Origin: an uncultured Arcobacter sp.
Lineage (GTDB): Bacteria; Campylobacterota; Campylobacteria; Campylobacterales; Arcobacteraceae
Reading direction: 5' to 3'
DNA: 64,000 nucleotides
NCBI GenBank assembly: GCA_965140705.1
Contig: OZ223302.1
Location: forward strand, 1 to 64,000
Shown here: positions 14,315 through 26,530 of the stretch, one piece after another
How the letters are laid out: each line of letters begins with the position of its first letter
Position numbering within the stretch: position 1 is the stretch's first letter
Translations under genes and position numbers: made by a program
The notes under the pieces: model-generated
Database searches by the model: none
Told to the model about the DNA's origin: nothing
What the model saw: the letters and a program-made list of their open reading frames with translations, nothing else

Positions 14315-15869
14315 TCAAACATGTTTTGTTAAAACTGGGATTTTCCAATCAGTAATAGTATTTGTGAAAATTTCACAGCAATAATATTTTAAATTTCTTT
14401 TATATCCCTTTGAAAACGGAGACCCATACTTTTCAGGCCAGTTTTTTAAATATGTTATTTTTTGCCAAGCTAATTTTTCCCCTTTTTCAATGTAAAAAAA
14501 AGTTAAATACACTTAAAATAATAATTTTTTTTTACATGTTGATAAGTTATTTAAAGCTAAAAAAGAATGAAAAATTATGAGTAATATAATCTAAAGAAAA
14601 AAGTACAAAAAGAAAAATCCTGCAAAAGCTGATAATACAAACATATATGGATTTTCCAGTAATTTTAGATCCTTTCTATGTTTAATTGATTAATACGTTG
14701 CATAAATTATTGAATTCAGTAAACTTCACAACTGCACAATCAAATACCAATAAAAAAAGCATCGATTATTCTAGCCTATACAATTTCCTTTCAAAATCAA
14801 CAAAATTATTTGTAAAATTTGTTTAAATAATAAAATGCAAACCCATCCATGGACAGTGATGATCATAAAAAGCCACACATTTATGGCACTCTTTACAATG
14901 CTTTGTGCGAATTGGCTAATAATGCTTACCTAAAAGTTACTTAAATTGATAGTTAAAAACAAATAGAGCAAAATCTTTTCTGGACATATTGTATTTCCTC
15001 AATTTAACTTGCATTTAATTTTGTATCAAATTCATTGCTTTAATTATTTGCTTCCTTTGAAGAGCAATTATGAATTTCTTCAATTAACTAGTGAAATTAT
15101 TTAAATTTTAATATTAAATACATTAGCTTAAATATTTTCTTTTGGCTCCATATATTTATTATCAATTTATTCAATATTGTTATTTCATTAATCTTAAATC
15201 AATTTTGGTTTTTCCTTGAATTAATCTTTTTCTATCCCAGTCTTTTAAAATATACAACAACAATAGACTTAAAAAAATTAACATCTTCACTTGAAATTTG
15301 ATTTTCTTTGAAATTTTATCGTTAATTTTAAAATAAAGTATTTTCTTTAACAAACTATATAACAAAAATGTAATCCTTCATTCAAAAAATTAACTTAAAT
15401 ATGACTTTTATCCTAACTATCATCACAACTTGGCAAGGGCGAAATAGTATTTTCCTCAACTTAATTTTTATTCATAAAAATATTAAATGTTGATTATAAT
15501 TACACCTACAAGCAAGTTAAATAATTCAAATTGAAGTTACTAACTGCATTTTTCATATCATTCAGATTATTGATTTCCTAAGTATTTGATGGTAAATAGC
15601 CAGGGTCTCGCAAATAAACAATTATATAGATTAGATTGGAAATAAGATAGCTCAGTCTGGAAATAAATACAAATGGCAAAAGGTTAATTTAACCAATAAT
15701 TTATCGAAAATAGGTTTTTAAGATTTAATATTTCCGAATAATTCAGCAAGATCATAGTTAGTCCAAAGGCTTAAAAGAAAGCAAAAAAGAATGGTGCAAC
15801 AGATTCTTAGAATATTTTATTAAATAAGGGTAGTTTACTTTTAAGCATACATGTCTATGATCGTAACAT
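14315..15869 (-). CDS. DHHC-type protein S-palmitoyltransferase
   Basis: LRDPGYLP and [26 protein letters not shown] on the minus strand, plus TM segments and C-terminal PFSKG..RN. Confidence 0.92.
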
Positions 15870-16068
15870 TAAAATTCTTTAAAAAAAATTAAAATTTTAA
15901 AAAACTCTTTTTTTTAAATTGTGAAGAAAAATATTATTAAAATATTCTTAATTTTTAAATATTTAATTTATTAAATTTTAATTTCAATTTATATTTGAAT
16001 AATCTTTCTTGATTTTTTTGTTAAAAAATTCTAATTATATTATAAATTAACATTTTTCGCACTTAAAA

Positions 16069-17752
16069 ATGGGAATCTCCTCCGCTTGCTGTTAAAATAC
16101 CAACCCATAACTAATGCGATTAAACCTAGTTTATCCAAAATGCTCAACTCATATCCCAACAACTAATTAAATTGCACGTTAGCAAAAAGAAACAATAGAA
16201 GGTAAAAAGAAATGGATCAATTAATACGAAATCAAGCAAATATTAGGCGAAGGAAGCTTTGGTAAGGTACGTTTAGGTTTTGATGGATAACAATTAGTAG
16301 CTATAAAGGTTGTTTTAATTTTTTCAAACAAAATTATAATATAATAATTTTTGCAGATTTTCAATAGAAGATAACTGCGTAAAAAGCGAGAAGCCTTTCG
16401 TGATAAGGATGGAAGAATACAATACCGAGATGCTTTATAGGATGTGCTTTCGGAAATTGAAGCCATGGGAAAAGGAAAACATAATAATGTGATTTAATTG
16501 TATGAAGTACTTATTGATGAGCTGAAGGATAAAATGTATTTAGTCATGGAATATGCTGCAAAAGGTTAGTTGCTAGAATGGAATGTTGAAAGTTAGCAGG
16601 TTTGAAAACGTTTTTCTTGTATCTTAGAGGCGTTTTTAGTTTTATTATATGGACAAAAATAGGAAAGGCTTCCTAGAGGAAATGGAAATTAGAGGCATTT
16701 TTAGGTAAGCTTTGAAAGCTTTACTTTATTGTAAATTATTTTGATTTTATTTTGAGAGGATTATTTAGTGCATTGTAATGGAATTATACACAGAGATTTG
16801 AAGCCTTAAAACATATTATTTGATAAAGATAATAATGTTAAGCTAGGTTTTTTAAAAAAAACAATAATATATATATTAAGCTGATTTTGGAGTGGCTGTT
16901 CTGTTTGACACAGAAAAATACAAAAAAGAAGAATTAAAGGAAACAAATAATAATCCAAAAGAATAGAAACTTCCACCAAATTCCAACCCAAAACAAAAAC
17001 TCAACCGTAATTTAACAATGCAAATTCAATGCGCTCCCTTTGTAGATATCTAATAAAAAAGCATTTTATATTTTTTTAAAGGCAGGAACTTACTTTTTTA
17101 TGAGTCCAGAATGCTTGGATAAGAGTGCAATGGCTAAAGGAATTCGTGGAAAACCATTGGATATATGGGCATTAGGAGTTACGTTATTTGCATTTACTTT
17201 TTTGAATTTGCCTTTTTTTGCTGAATCGTTTGAAGAGCTCAAAAAACTCATTGAATTTGAAAAGTTTTTTTTTATTTGCAGCTAAAAATTATCTCTAGTC
17301 CAGTATTTCCTAAAACACGAAAGATATCGAATTAGTTAAAGGAAATATTTAAGAAGATATTTATAAAAAATCCAGATGAACGAGCAACATTAGAGTTTTT
17401 TTATTTAAAATAACAAAAAAATAAATAAAAATTTAGTTGATTAATTTGCCATCCATGAATAAATGATCATTGCAAATAATTATCTTCAGAAATGTAAAAA
17501 ACTACTTTTTAAAAGAAAAACAACTTATTAATTATAATTAGAATCGAAGATTATCAAATGTCATTAAAATTAATCAGCAATTAAATTCAATATGAAAAGA
17601 AATAAAAGAATTTCGCAACTAAAAATCTCTAATCTTCAAATCATTCGTCTCAAGCAAATCTTCCTACAACAAATTTGCTTTCACATACAAATTTATTAGT
17701 CAAAAATCAGCACACTGAAAGTTAATAATAGTTAACTCCTTTTGAAATTTGA
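16069..17752 (+). CDS. Ser/Thr protein kinase, CAMKK-like
   Basis: GEGSFGKV, VAIK, HRDLKPQNIL, ADFG, AGTYFFMSPE, DIWALGVT and CHPW (W=TGA at 17456). N-terminal MGISSACC. Stop TGA at 17750-17752. Confidence 0.92.
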
Positions 17753-17870
17753 TTAAATTTTTTGTTTTATTTTAGTTATTATATATATATAATTATGTTA
17801 ACGATAAAGAATATAAATTAAAAAGAATTATTTTGAGATTTTGTTTTAAAATATAAAAATATAAATAAAA

Positions 17871-19089
17871 TCACTTCTCAGTAATTTATAATTTTTTCTT
17901 TTTTTTGCAATTAATTATTTAAAAAATTTACTTTTAATTTATTAATTAGGAAAAATTCCTTTCAGGAGATTCAATACATGATTATTAAACCTGGTTATTG
18001 TTATTTTATGAGAATTATTATGATTATTATGAATATTAATCCAAGTTTTACAAATAATCCTTGAGGAGAGAAATTAACTTGCTTTTTGATTAATTTTCTT
18101 TCAAGGGACTTTCACAGATGGATTTAGTGGCTGGTTATTATTCAAAGATATTGAGCTGCTTCGCAATAGTTTCAATAATTGGCGTTTTTTTTTAATTACA
18201 AACTAATTTTTCAATTTTGGATTTATTTTTACTCCCAATTTAAACTTTCTTCTCCTCATTTCCTAGTTTCCTAATATGACACAATATAAACTCCTTAGCT
18301 GAATTACTATCCTTTTCTAATTTAAATTCTGGCAAAGTAATAGGCGTACAGGTTGACAAATTGGAAAGAGAAATCTAATGTGACGTAGCATTTAAACTTT
18401 CAACATCTTCATGCTTTACTGGAGTTTTAAACTAATATATTTACTCTAATTCCATTTAATTTTGCTATTATTATTACTCAAGGATCTTTTATTTTATATT
18501 TGTTAATTATTCCTACGCGATTCAGGAGGATTGGTATTTAGATTAATGAAGAACTACTGCGTGCATTCGGAATTAACCAGAGGATGGTTAGGATTTCAAT
18601 GGAAAATATTTTTAAGATCTTTAAGCTGAAGCAACGATATAGGTGACTAGAGGTTATTTTTTTGGTAAATCTGTTGTAAAATTCATTTTTTTTCTTTAAA
18701 AATGCATAAAAATTAATTAATTCTCTTACCAACGATAACATTTTTTAATATCTGCTCGTGGGAAACCAAAATCATGTCCTAATGATTAGCCCTCAACAAA
18801 ATAGATCATCCCATCTAAAAAACAAATAATAAATGCAAAATTATTAGTACTCAAGGGCTCTTTGTAAATTGATTCGGGATGCGTTTTATAACCCATTTTT
18901 TATAGTTAATAAGTTTGGCAGTAGAGGTCAATGTTTTTTAGAATGTGAGCGTATTAATTTCCTATTCGGAAATATTACTAATTAAACCAGTAAGGTGGGT
19001 GTTGGTTGACCTTTAAGCCATTTTTCAGCCCATGGAAAAGCAATTGCTTAATCTGACGGGGTAAGCTCATTTTTCATTAAATCTTCCAT
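17871..19089 (-). CDS. Hypothetical protein with a possible CG-1 (CAMTA)-like N-terminal domain
   Basis: EKWLK...YAHILKN...EPLNGMIYF...YRWKKMNFTTDLPKKQPLVTYIVA, three short introns, low-complexity tail. The CG-1 resemblance was judged by eye only. Confidence 0.55.
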
Positions 19090-19286
19090 TAGGCTATTAA
19101 ATATTTTTCTGATTGAATTTAATTATTGAAAAATATTAAATAAAAAGTTTTCCCCCCAACAAAAAAACTCAAATATTTTATATTGTATAAAAAAAATAAA
19201 GATATTAATAATTTATATAATATTTGAAAAAAATAAAACATTTATAAAAACATCTTTATTTCAACAAATAATAATAATTGATTTTT

Positions 19287-20170
19287 ATGAAAACTATAAA
19301 TGATTTTGATTTTTTATTTAAATATGTAATGATCGGAGACACAAGTAATTTGTTTTTTTAATTCTTTCAAAATTATCATAGATGTTGGAAAATCAAGCAT
19401 TTTGCTGCAATTTGTAGAAAATCGTTTTAGACAGGAATACGGTTCATTATAATAATAATAATTTTATTTTAAAAGACCCAACAATAGGAGTTGAATTTGG
19501 ATCCAAATTCTTCAACCTCTTTTCAAAGGATATTAAATTATAAATTTGGGATACTGTTAACAAAAACAAAATTAATAATTAACTTTTAGGCAGGATAAGA
19601 ATCTTTTCGTTCAATAACACGATCCTATTACAGAAAGTTTAATTTATTTAAAAACTTTTTTTATAAAGTTCTATTGGAGCTATTCTAGTTTATGATATCA
19701 CTAAAAAGGAATCATTTGATAATGTATAATTATGATTAAAAGAAATAAAGACATATTCCCATGAAAAGATTAATATTATTTTACTAGGAAATAAAATAGA
19801 TTTAGACTCCAAGTTCAGATTTGTTTTTTGTTTAAAAGTAAAAAAATAAGTTTAAATTTAGGAGAGAAGTCACTAAAGATACTGCTTAAGAATTTGCAAG
19901 GGAAAATGATATTTGCTTTATGGAAACATCAGCAAAGCTTGGGCAAAATATAGAGGATGCCTTTATTATTTTAACTGAAAATATTATGCAATAGGTTTAG
20001 GATGGTGCAATTGATGTGACTAAAGAAGTTTTTTATATTTTTTTCGGAGATTTTTAGTATTTTTATTTCAGATTTATGGGATTAAAATTGGATCTAAAAA
20101 CATTAAGCTAGTATAAGCAGAATCCACTGAAGAAATTTCAACAAATAATTAAGGTGAATCCTGTTGTTGA
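19287..20170 (+). CDS. RAB2: Rab2-family small GTPase
   Basis: [51 protein letters not shown], C-terminal ESCC then TGA. Six short introns. Confidence 0.95.
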
Positions 20171-20288
20171 ATGGAAATTTTATTATCCTTTTTTATTCTT
20201 AATATAAAAATAAAAACAAAAAATTAAGAACAAAATTTATATAATTTTAATCAAATTTTCATAATTGTTGTTGACTGATACATTTAAT

Positions 20289-20849
20289 TCAATTATTAAT
20301 TTTTTCACCCACTTTGGGAGTCATTATTGGTGGATACTAACAAATATTGCTCAAATATTTTTTATTTTTTGCCCTTTCTTTCGCAAATTACGTATTTTTG
20401 TAACTGCTTTATTAATTTGAAAGTCTTTTCAAAAACGCCAAATTTTCAATTGAAATCTGAACAAGTTATTTTTTTCTGTAGGTTTTATTCAGACTTTTAA
20501 TATTTCTTGACCCAAATTCATAAGAAGCTGGCTATGATTATGGTCGGAAGACTGAACTTTGCTAGCTGGGCATTGCTATCGAAGAAAATTTGGAGTTGTT
20601 CGATTTTTACATTATATTAGTTATTTTTCCTAATAAAATTTTATTTTCTCTATCAATTTCTTAATATCTTTCTTCTAAAAGCTTCTCTTTTTTTTTCCGA
20701 CTTGAAAGAAAATTTAATTATAAAGTCTCAGGTGGAGCATAATCAATTTAAGAGTGGATATTTGATAATTAATATAAATGTTTAGCCCTCTTGTAATCTC
20801 TGCTTTTGTCCGCACAAATTTTATTTGGCACAGGAATTGCTCGAAACAT
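20289..20849 (-). CDS. CFAP97/KIAA1430 (hemingway)-family ciliary protein
   Basis: Intronless frame with EERYQEIDRENKILLGKITNIM and KSLNKTYRKKQLVQISIENLAFLKRL. The stop is TGA at 20291-20289 or the next in-frame TGA at 20261-20259. Confidence 0.75.
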
Positions 20850-21048
20850 ATAAAATTCAATAGTTTTATAAGAAATGTATTTACTACTTAATTTTTTTCT
20901 AAAAAATTAATTAAATAAAGCTTAATTTAATTTGTTTTTTAAATGAAACTATTTTATTAACTCAAAATTTAATTTTACAATTTTTTTCTAGACAAAATTA
21001 ATTAATTAACAATAAAATTTTTATATTTAAAATTCAAAATTTAAAAAA

Positions 21049-24000
21049 ATGAATAAATAGTAAGACTTCGCATATGTTTATTTTCATTTTTATTTTCAGA
21101 AAATATTATTATCATAGTTGTAGGATGAATAAATTAAAGAACTGATTAATAATGCGATGCATTAAGAAAGAATAGAAAATGAATAAAAAAATTAATAAGT
21201 AACTTATTTTATTTATTTATTTTAAAAAAAGGTTTTTGAAATTTTGTAAGAAAAAGATGAGCAAATCTAAATTTTGGAAGAAAAATTAGTAAAATTGGAG
21301 GTTCTTCTAATTTCATGAATAATTATTTCTAAAAAAAGTAAAAATATCTCAAATTAAAAAATTGCCCTGAACTATTTTCTTCAAATTTTGAATAAGATTA
21401 GTTATGCTCTTAATAATAAGAAATTATCAATGAACTTGAAAATAAAATAGAATTTCTTTAAGAAAATTTAAAGTTAAAGGAAGATAATGAAGTAATACTT
21501 AAAACTTAATTAGGAGATCTTTATGAATAATTTTAAAACTATGAATCCCTGAAATAAAAAGATTTAAATATTAGTACATTAAATTCTTAAATTTAGGACC
21601 TTGAAAAATAATTATACTAATCAACACGTTAAACAACTAATTAATTTTTAAAAAAACATAATTTCATAGAATAATCCCAAGAAATTTAATTCTTAAAAAA
21701 TGACAACTTAGCACTAAAAGATTAAATTAGAGAATACTGTGACAGAGAAGCCTATATAAAAGAATACTACGAACATAAACTACAAAATGCTGCTTAGTAT
21801 GATGATATATTTATGGAAAAAGATAGTTTAATATAAGATTTGGAACAAAAACTTAAGGATTAAGAAGCATAAGTCAAACTATTATCGAATTAATGTAATT
21901 CAATTCAAAATTCTCATGATGTTTACAATTTATTTAAGCTTTTTATTATATTTAGAATTTGCAGTAGAATTATTAAATTCTTGAAAATAAATATGAAATT
22001 TAGAATAGAAATATCTCTTAAGCTATGACTGAATGCATGCAACCTTTATAAGAGCAAAATACTATTAATTTATCAAAAATTTAATAATTGTCTGCTGATA
22101 AAGAAGAAATACTTACAAATTTAAACAAAGCTATGAGGTAACTGGAAAATGAAAAGAATTTAAAGCAATAATTAGAAAAAAATTATGAGCTGAAGATTAA
22201 TCAACTATAATAATCAATTTAAAAATTATAGCAGCAATGAAATTAAGAGTAAATAATATAAAATAGTTAACTAGAAATAGAATCTACGAATTAATAAAAA
22301 TCTGAATTAAAAGTTTTTCTTTCTTTTTTTTTATTCTTAAGCTCTAAGAATTATAAATGAGTTATAAAAGTGAAAGAATGAATTTGACTTAGCTTGAGAA
22401 GAAATATAATTAAATGTGCTAGTAGATAAATTTAAAAGATACTGATATTTAAAAATTAATGGAAGAAATTGACATTCTCACAAAAAGACTTGAGGATTAA
22501 GAAAATGTTTTTCAAAAACAAATTACAATACATTTTTAATTTTTTAGAGAGATTTGTTTGCAAGCAGTTCAGATTAAACTTTAATTTCCAGACTAAATGC
22601 TTAAATTACTTAAGCAAAACTGAAAGAATAAAAACTCTTAGAAAACAATGCATTTTTAGAAAATGCCTATAACGAATTACATATATAAATTACAAGCAGT
22701 TAAAATGATAATCAATTATTAAAAGCTAATCAAAATCTTGAAAATTAGATTTGCAAATATATTAATAATTTAAAATTGCAAGAAAATAAAATAGAATTAT
22801 AAGAAAATGATATAAAAAATTTAAGAAATTAACTTTAAAAATTAGAAGATAGAAAAGGGGAATTTGACAAGAATCATGAATCAATTACCTAATAATTAAG
22901 AGAAGAAAATTACTCTTTAAAATAAGAAAAAATTGAATTAGAAGGTACTTTATCAATAATTTTATAAATTTACAATAGGTGAAATTTATAAATAAAAATA
23001 AGATATTAAATATTTATCAAGTTAGTAATCCAATGCGTAACAATCATAATTATAAGCATTAGATGCGAGTTAGAAAGCCTATGAAAATGAAAAAGACAAA
23101 TTTAAACGAGAATTTGAAAATCAATTTCTAGAAATGAATAAATAATTTAAAATTTTTTAGGAGGATAATAAAAAATTAAAATTATAAATAGAAAATTATT
23201 AATAAAAATTGTTATAGTAAGAAAATGAGTTATAAAAAAAAGAAGCAACTAACCAAAATCTTTAAGAATAATTTTAATAATTTTCAAATTAAAATTAATT
23301 AAATTTATAATTTAAAAAAGAATATGATTAATTGATTGAAGAAAAAAATTCTTAAGTTTTCAATAAACTTTAAATTTATTTTTACTATTAGATTCAGAAT
23401 TTAATAATTGAAATTTAGTAAATGAAAAATGAGCTTGAAAACTCTCATAATGCAAAAATTAAATTTGAAATGGAGTTAAAAGTAATTTTATTCTGTTTTT
23501 ATTAAAAATAAAGAATTAAAATATGCAACAATTTGATCTTTCTAATAAGAATTAATAATTAAAAGAATAAAAGTAATTTTAATTTTTTTAATTGTTTCTG
23601 ATTTTAGTAGAAAAATTGAATAATTATTAAAATAAATGGCAGACGAATAAAATGAAATTGAAGAACTATAAAACGCATAAATCGATATTTCAAAAGAAAA
23701 TTGTCTTTATAAAAAAGAAATTATATAACTAAAAAGTTTCTTAATTTAATTATATTTATTATTATTTTATTTAAAGGAGAAATTGAAGTTATAAAATTAC
23801 AAGATACTCATTAAATAAATGAAATAGATAGTAAAATAATTTTAGAGTTGCATAATCTAAGAAATATGATGGAATTAATTAAAGCTGAAAAAACTAAAAT
23901 TTAATCCAGGATGAAATTCAGTGAGGAAGAAACAGAAAAATCAAATTCTGATTTACTAAATTTTATTAAATTATTGGATGATAAAAATAAAGAATTAGAA

Positions 24001-26467
24001 ATTAAATTAAATTAGAAAGAAAACTAGTAAGAATTAATTTAAGAAAATCTAAAATTAAAAGTAATTTTGTTTTTCTAATTAAAAAATTAAAAAACAAGAA
24101 TGAAATACAATAAAAATAAGCAGAATTGCAAGAAACTTGGAAAAAATAGGTTGAGATAAAAAATGAACTCAAGATGGAAAAGGAATTAAAATCAGATTAT
24201 TACTAAAGAATTTAAAAGATGGAAGTTTCATTTACAGTACTTTTTTTAAATATTTAACCCTATTTTAAATTTAGTAAGAGATTGAATAAGCCAAATAATA
24301 AACTGGAGAAAAGTATTAAGAGAGTGTGAAAAACTTAGATGCAATTTAGATGCTTAGAGATTAAATTGTTTCATAAAATCAGAAATTTTAAGAAACTTTA
24401 TGTTAAGATTAAACAATTATATTATTTTTCAATAGAGATTAAGGATAATCATATACAACTACTTTAATAGAAAGTTAATTTTGAGTTAAATGATGTAAGC
24501 AATAAATTGCATTAGTTATTTATTATTTAATAAATAATTTTTAAAAAGATTTATTTAATCCATAGAATCTTAGAAGAAAACTTAAATGACAAATAAGGAT
24601 TTTAAAAATTTGGAACGTATTCTTGATAATTAAAAAGAAAATATACATTCTAATTTATCAGTTTAAACATATTATTAATAATTTTAATAGAAAGATGCAG
24701 TAATTAGATAACAAAAAGAAAAATTATCTCTGACCATAAATGAACTTAAAATATCGAAATAGAATCTTAAAGCTTTAAATGAATAAATTAATTTATTATA
24801 AACTGAAATTGATAAACATAAAAAAGTAATAAAAAAAATAATTATAGTTTTATATTTTAAACAAAAGATGTAATCCTCACTTGGATATAAATTTAATAAA
24901 AAATAGAATTAAGGCTCTTTATAATAATCCAAAACATTATAAAAAGCTGATTAATATTAATAACTTTTGCAGCAATCACAATAATTCTAATAATAATAGT
25001 AATACGAGAATCCTAATACCTTAAAAGAATTAGCATTATTAGAAGCAAGAATGCTATCATTAGAAATGGAAAATAAGAAATTGAAGGCATAAAAAGAATA
25101 GCAAACAGAATACATAAAATAAATAGAAGGAGATAAAAGCATTGGGATGCAAAAAGAAGAAAAATTAAGTAAAAATTAAAATAAGGTTTCTTTAAAAATT
25201 TGTTTAAGATATGTAAATAAATAATTTAACAAAATCTTTGCACACAATGGAAAAAAAGCATAAACATGAATTAAAAAGATTATTGTAAGAAAAAGAAAAT
25301 GAATAAAATGTCGTAAAATAATAATAAAATCCTTAATAAAATGAATCCTTACTTTCAGATTTGCAAGAAGCTGAATAGTTACTACTACATTAGTTAATTA
25401 ATAAACTATTAGAATGTTAAAGTAAGCAAAGGAAGAAGTATTAAGAAAAAAGGAAATGATATAAAGTTTAAAGGTTTAAAAAGAAGAAAAAGATATAGAA
25501 ATAAAAGTATTACGATAGGAAATAGAAAGCGTTTTCATTTTTAAATTATTTTAATACTAAAAAGTTTTCTGGAGAAATTGAGAAAAATAAATATTTACTT
25601 AAAGAAAATTAAAGAAAGGATTAGATAATCAAAGAAATTAAAGAAAAGCTCGATTAACTGAAATCCAATGAAAAAGCCTTTACTGAAGAAAAAACAATAC
25701 TTTAAGATAAACTTAAATCCTGTAAATCTGATTTAAATCGAAAGGAATGGATGAATAAAGATTTAAAGGAAAAAATAGAAAATACAATGTATAAAAATGA
25801 GGATACTCGTTTATTAGAGGAAGAAATTACCAGATTGAAAGATCAGTTCAAGAAAGCAAAGATTGATCTCGAGAGAAAGGAATAGAGTATTAGAAGTTTT
25901 AAATAAAAAATTGAGTAGTTAATAAATGAAAATGAGTAGTTAAAAAATGAGTAAATTAATAGCAACACTAATGTTTGATTATTTTGATATAATTTAAAAT
26001 TTTTTAATAGATTACTCAAGTGGAAATTGATAAAGAATCTAAACGACATGAACGAACAAAATAAAAACTAAAAAAGTTAGAATAATAATATTAAATTTTA
26101 GCCTATTTATTTAAAAAAATCTATGCTGAAACCTTAACAATTGTATAATAATTAAAGAAAAAATTAGAAGTTAATCATTCCAAATAAGCTTCAAAGCATA
26201 ATTTAACAAAGTTTGCAGAATCAATGAATATTTTAAAACTAGGATTTGAAGATTTGAATTTATTTTTAGATCCTTGTTTATAATTAATTAATAATATAAC
26301 TATTTTCTTTAGAAAGCACTCAGTTTAACATGAAAATTGATGAAATGCTTTCTATTTTTAATAATCATTTAGCCGATGATGTCAATTTAAATTTTGATCA
26401 TTTATATAACTTATTATCCTAAGCAATTAATGAAAGAGTTAATTATGAAAAATAATTTATATCTTGA
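21049..26467 (+). CDS. Very large multi-exon coiled-coil protein, C-terminus weakly centlein-like
   Basis: Continuous Q/E/K-rich frames between many short introns. C-terminal KAKIDLERKEQSI...ESMNILKLGFEDLNLFL. Family assignment is weak. Confidence 0.6.
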
Positions 26468-26530
26468 GCAAATTATAATATTTTTTTTTAATTTCTAATA
26501 ATTTAATTAAATTATATTTTAAAATTTAAA

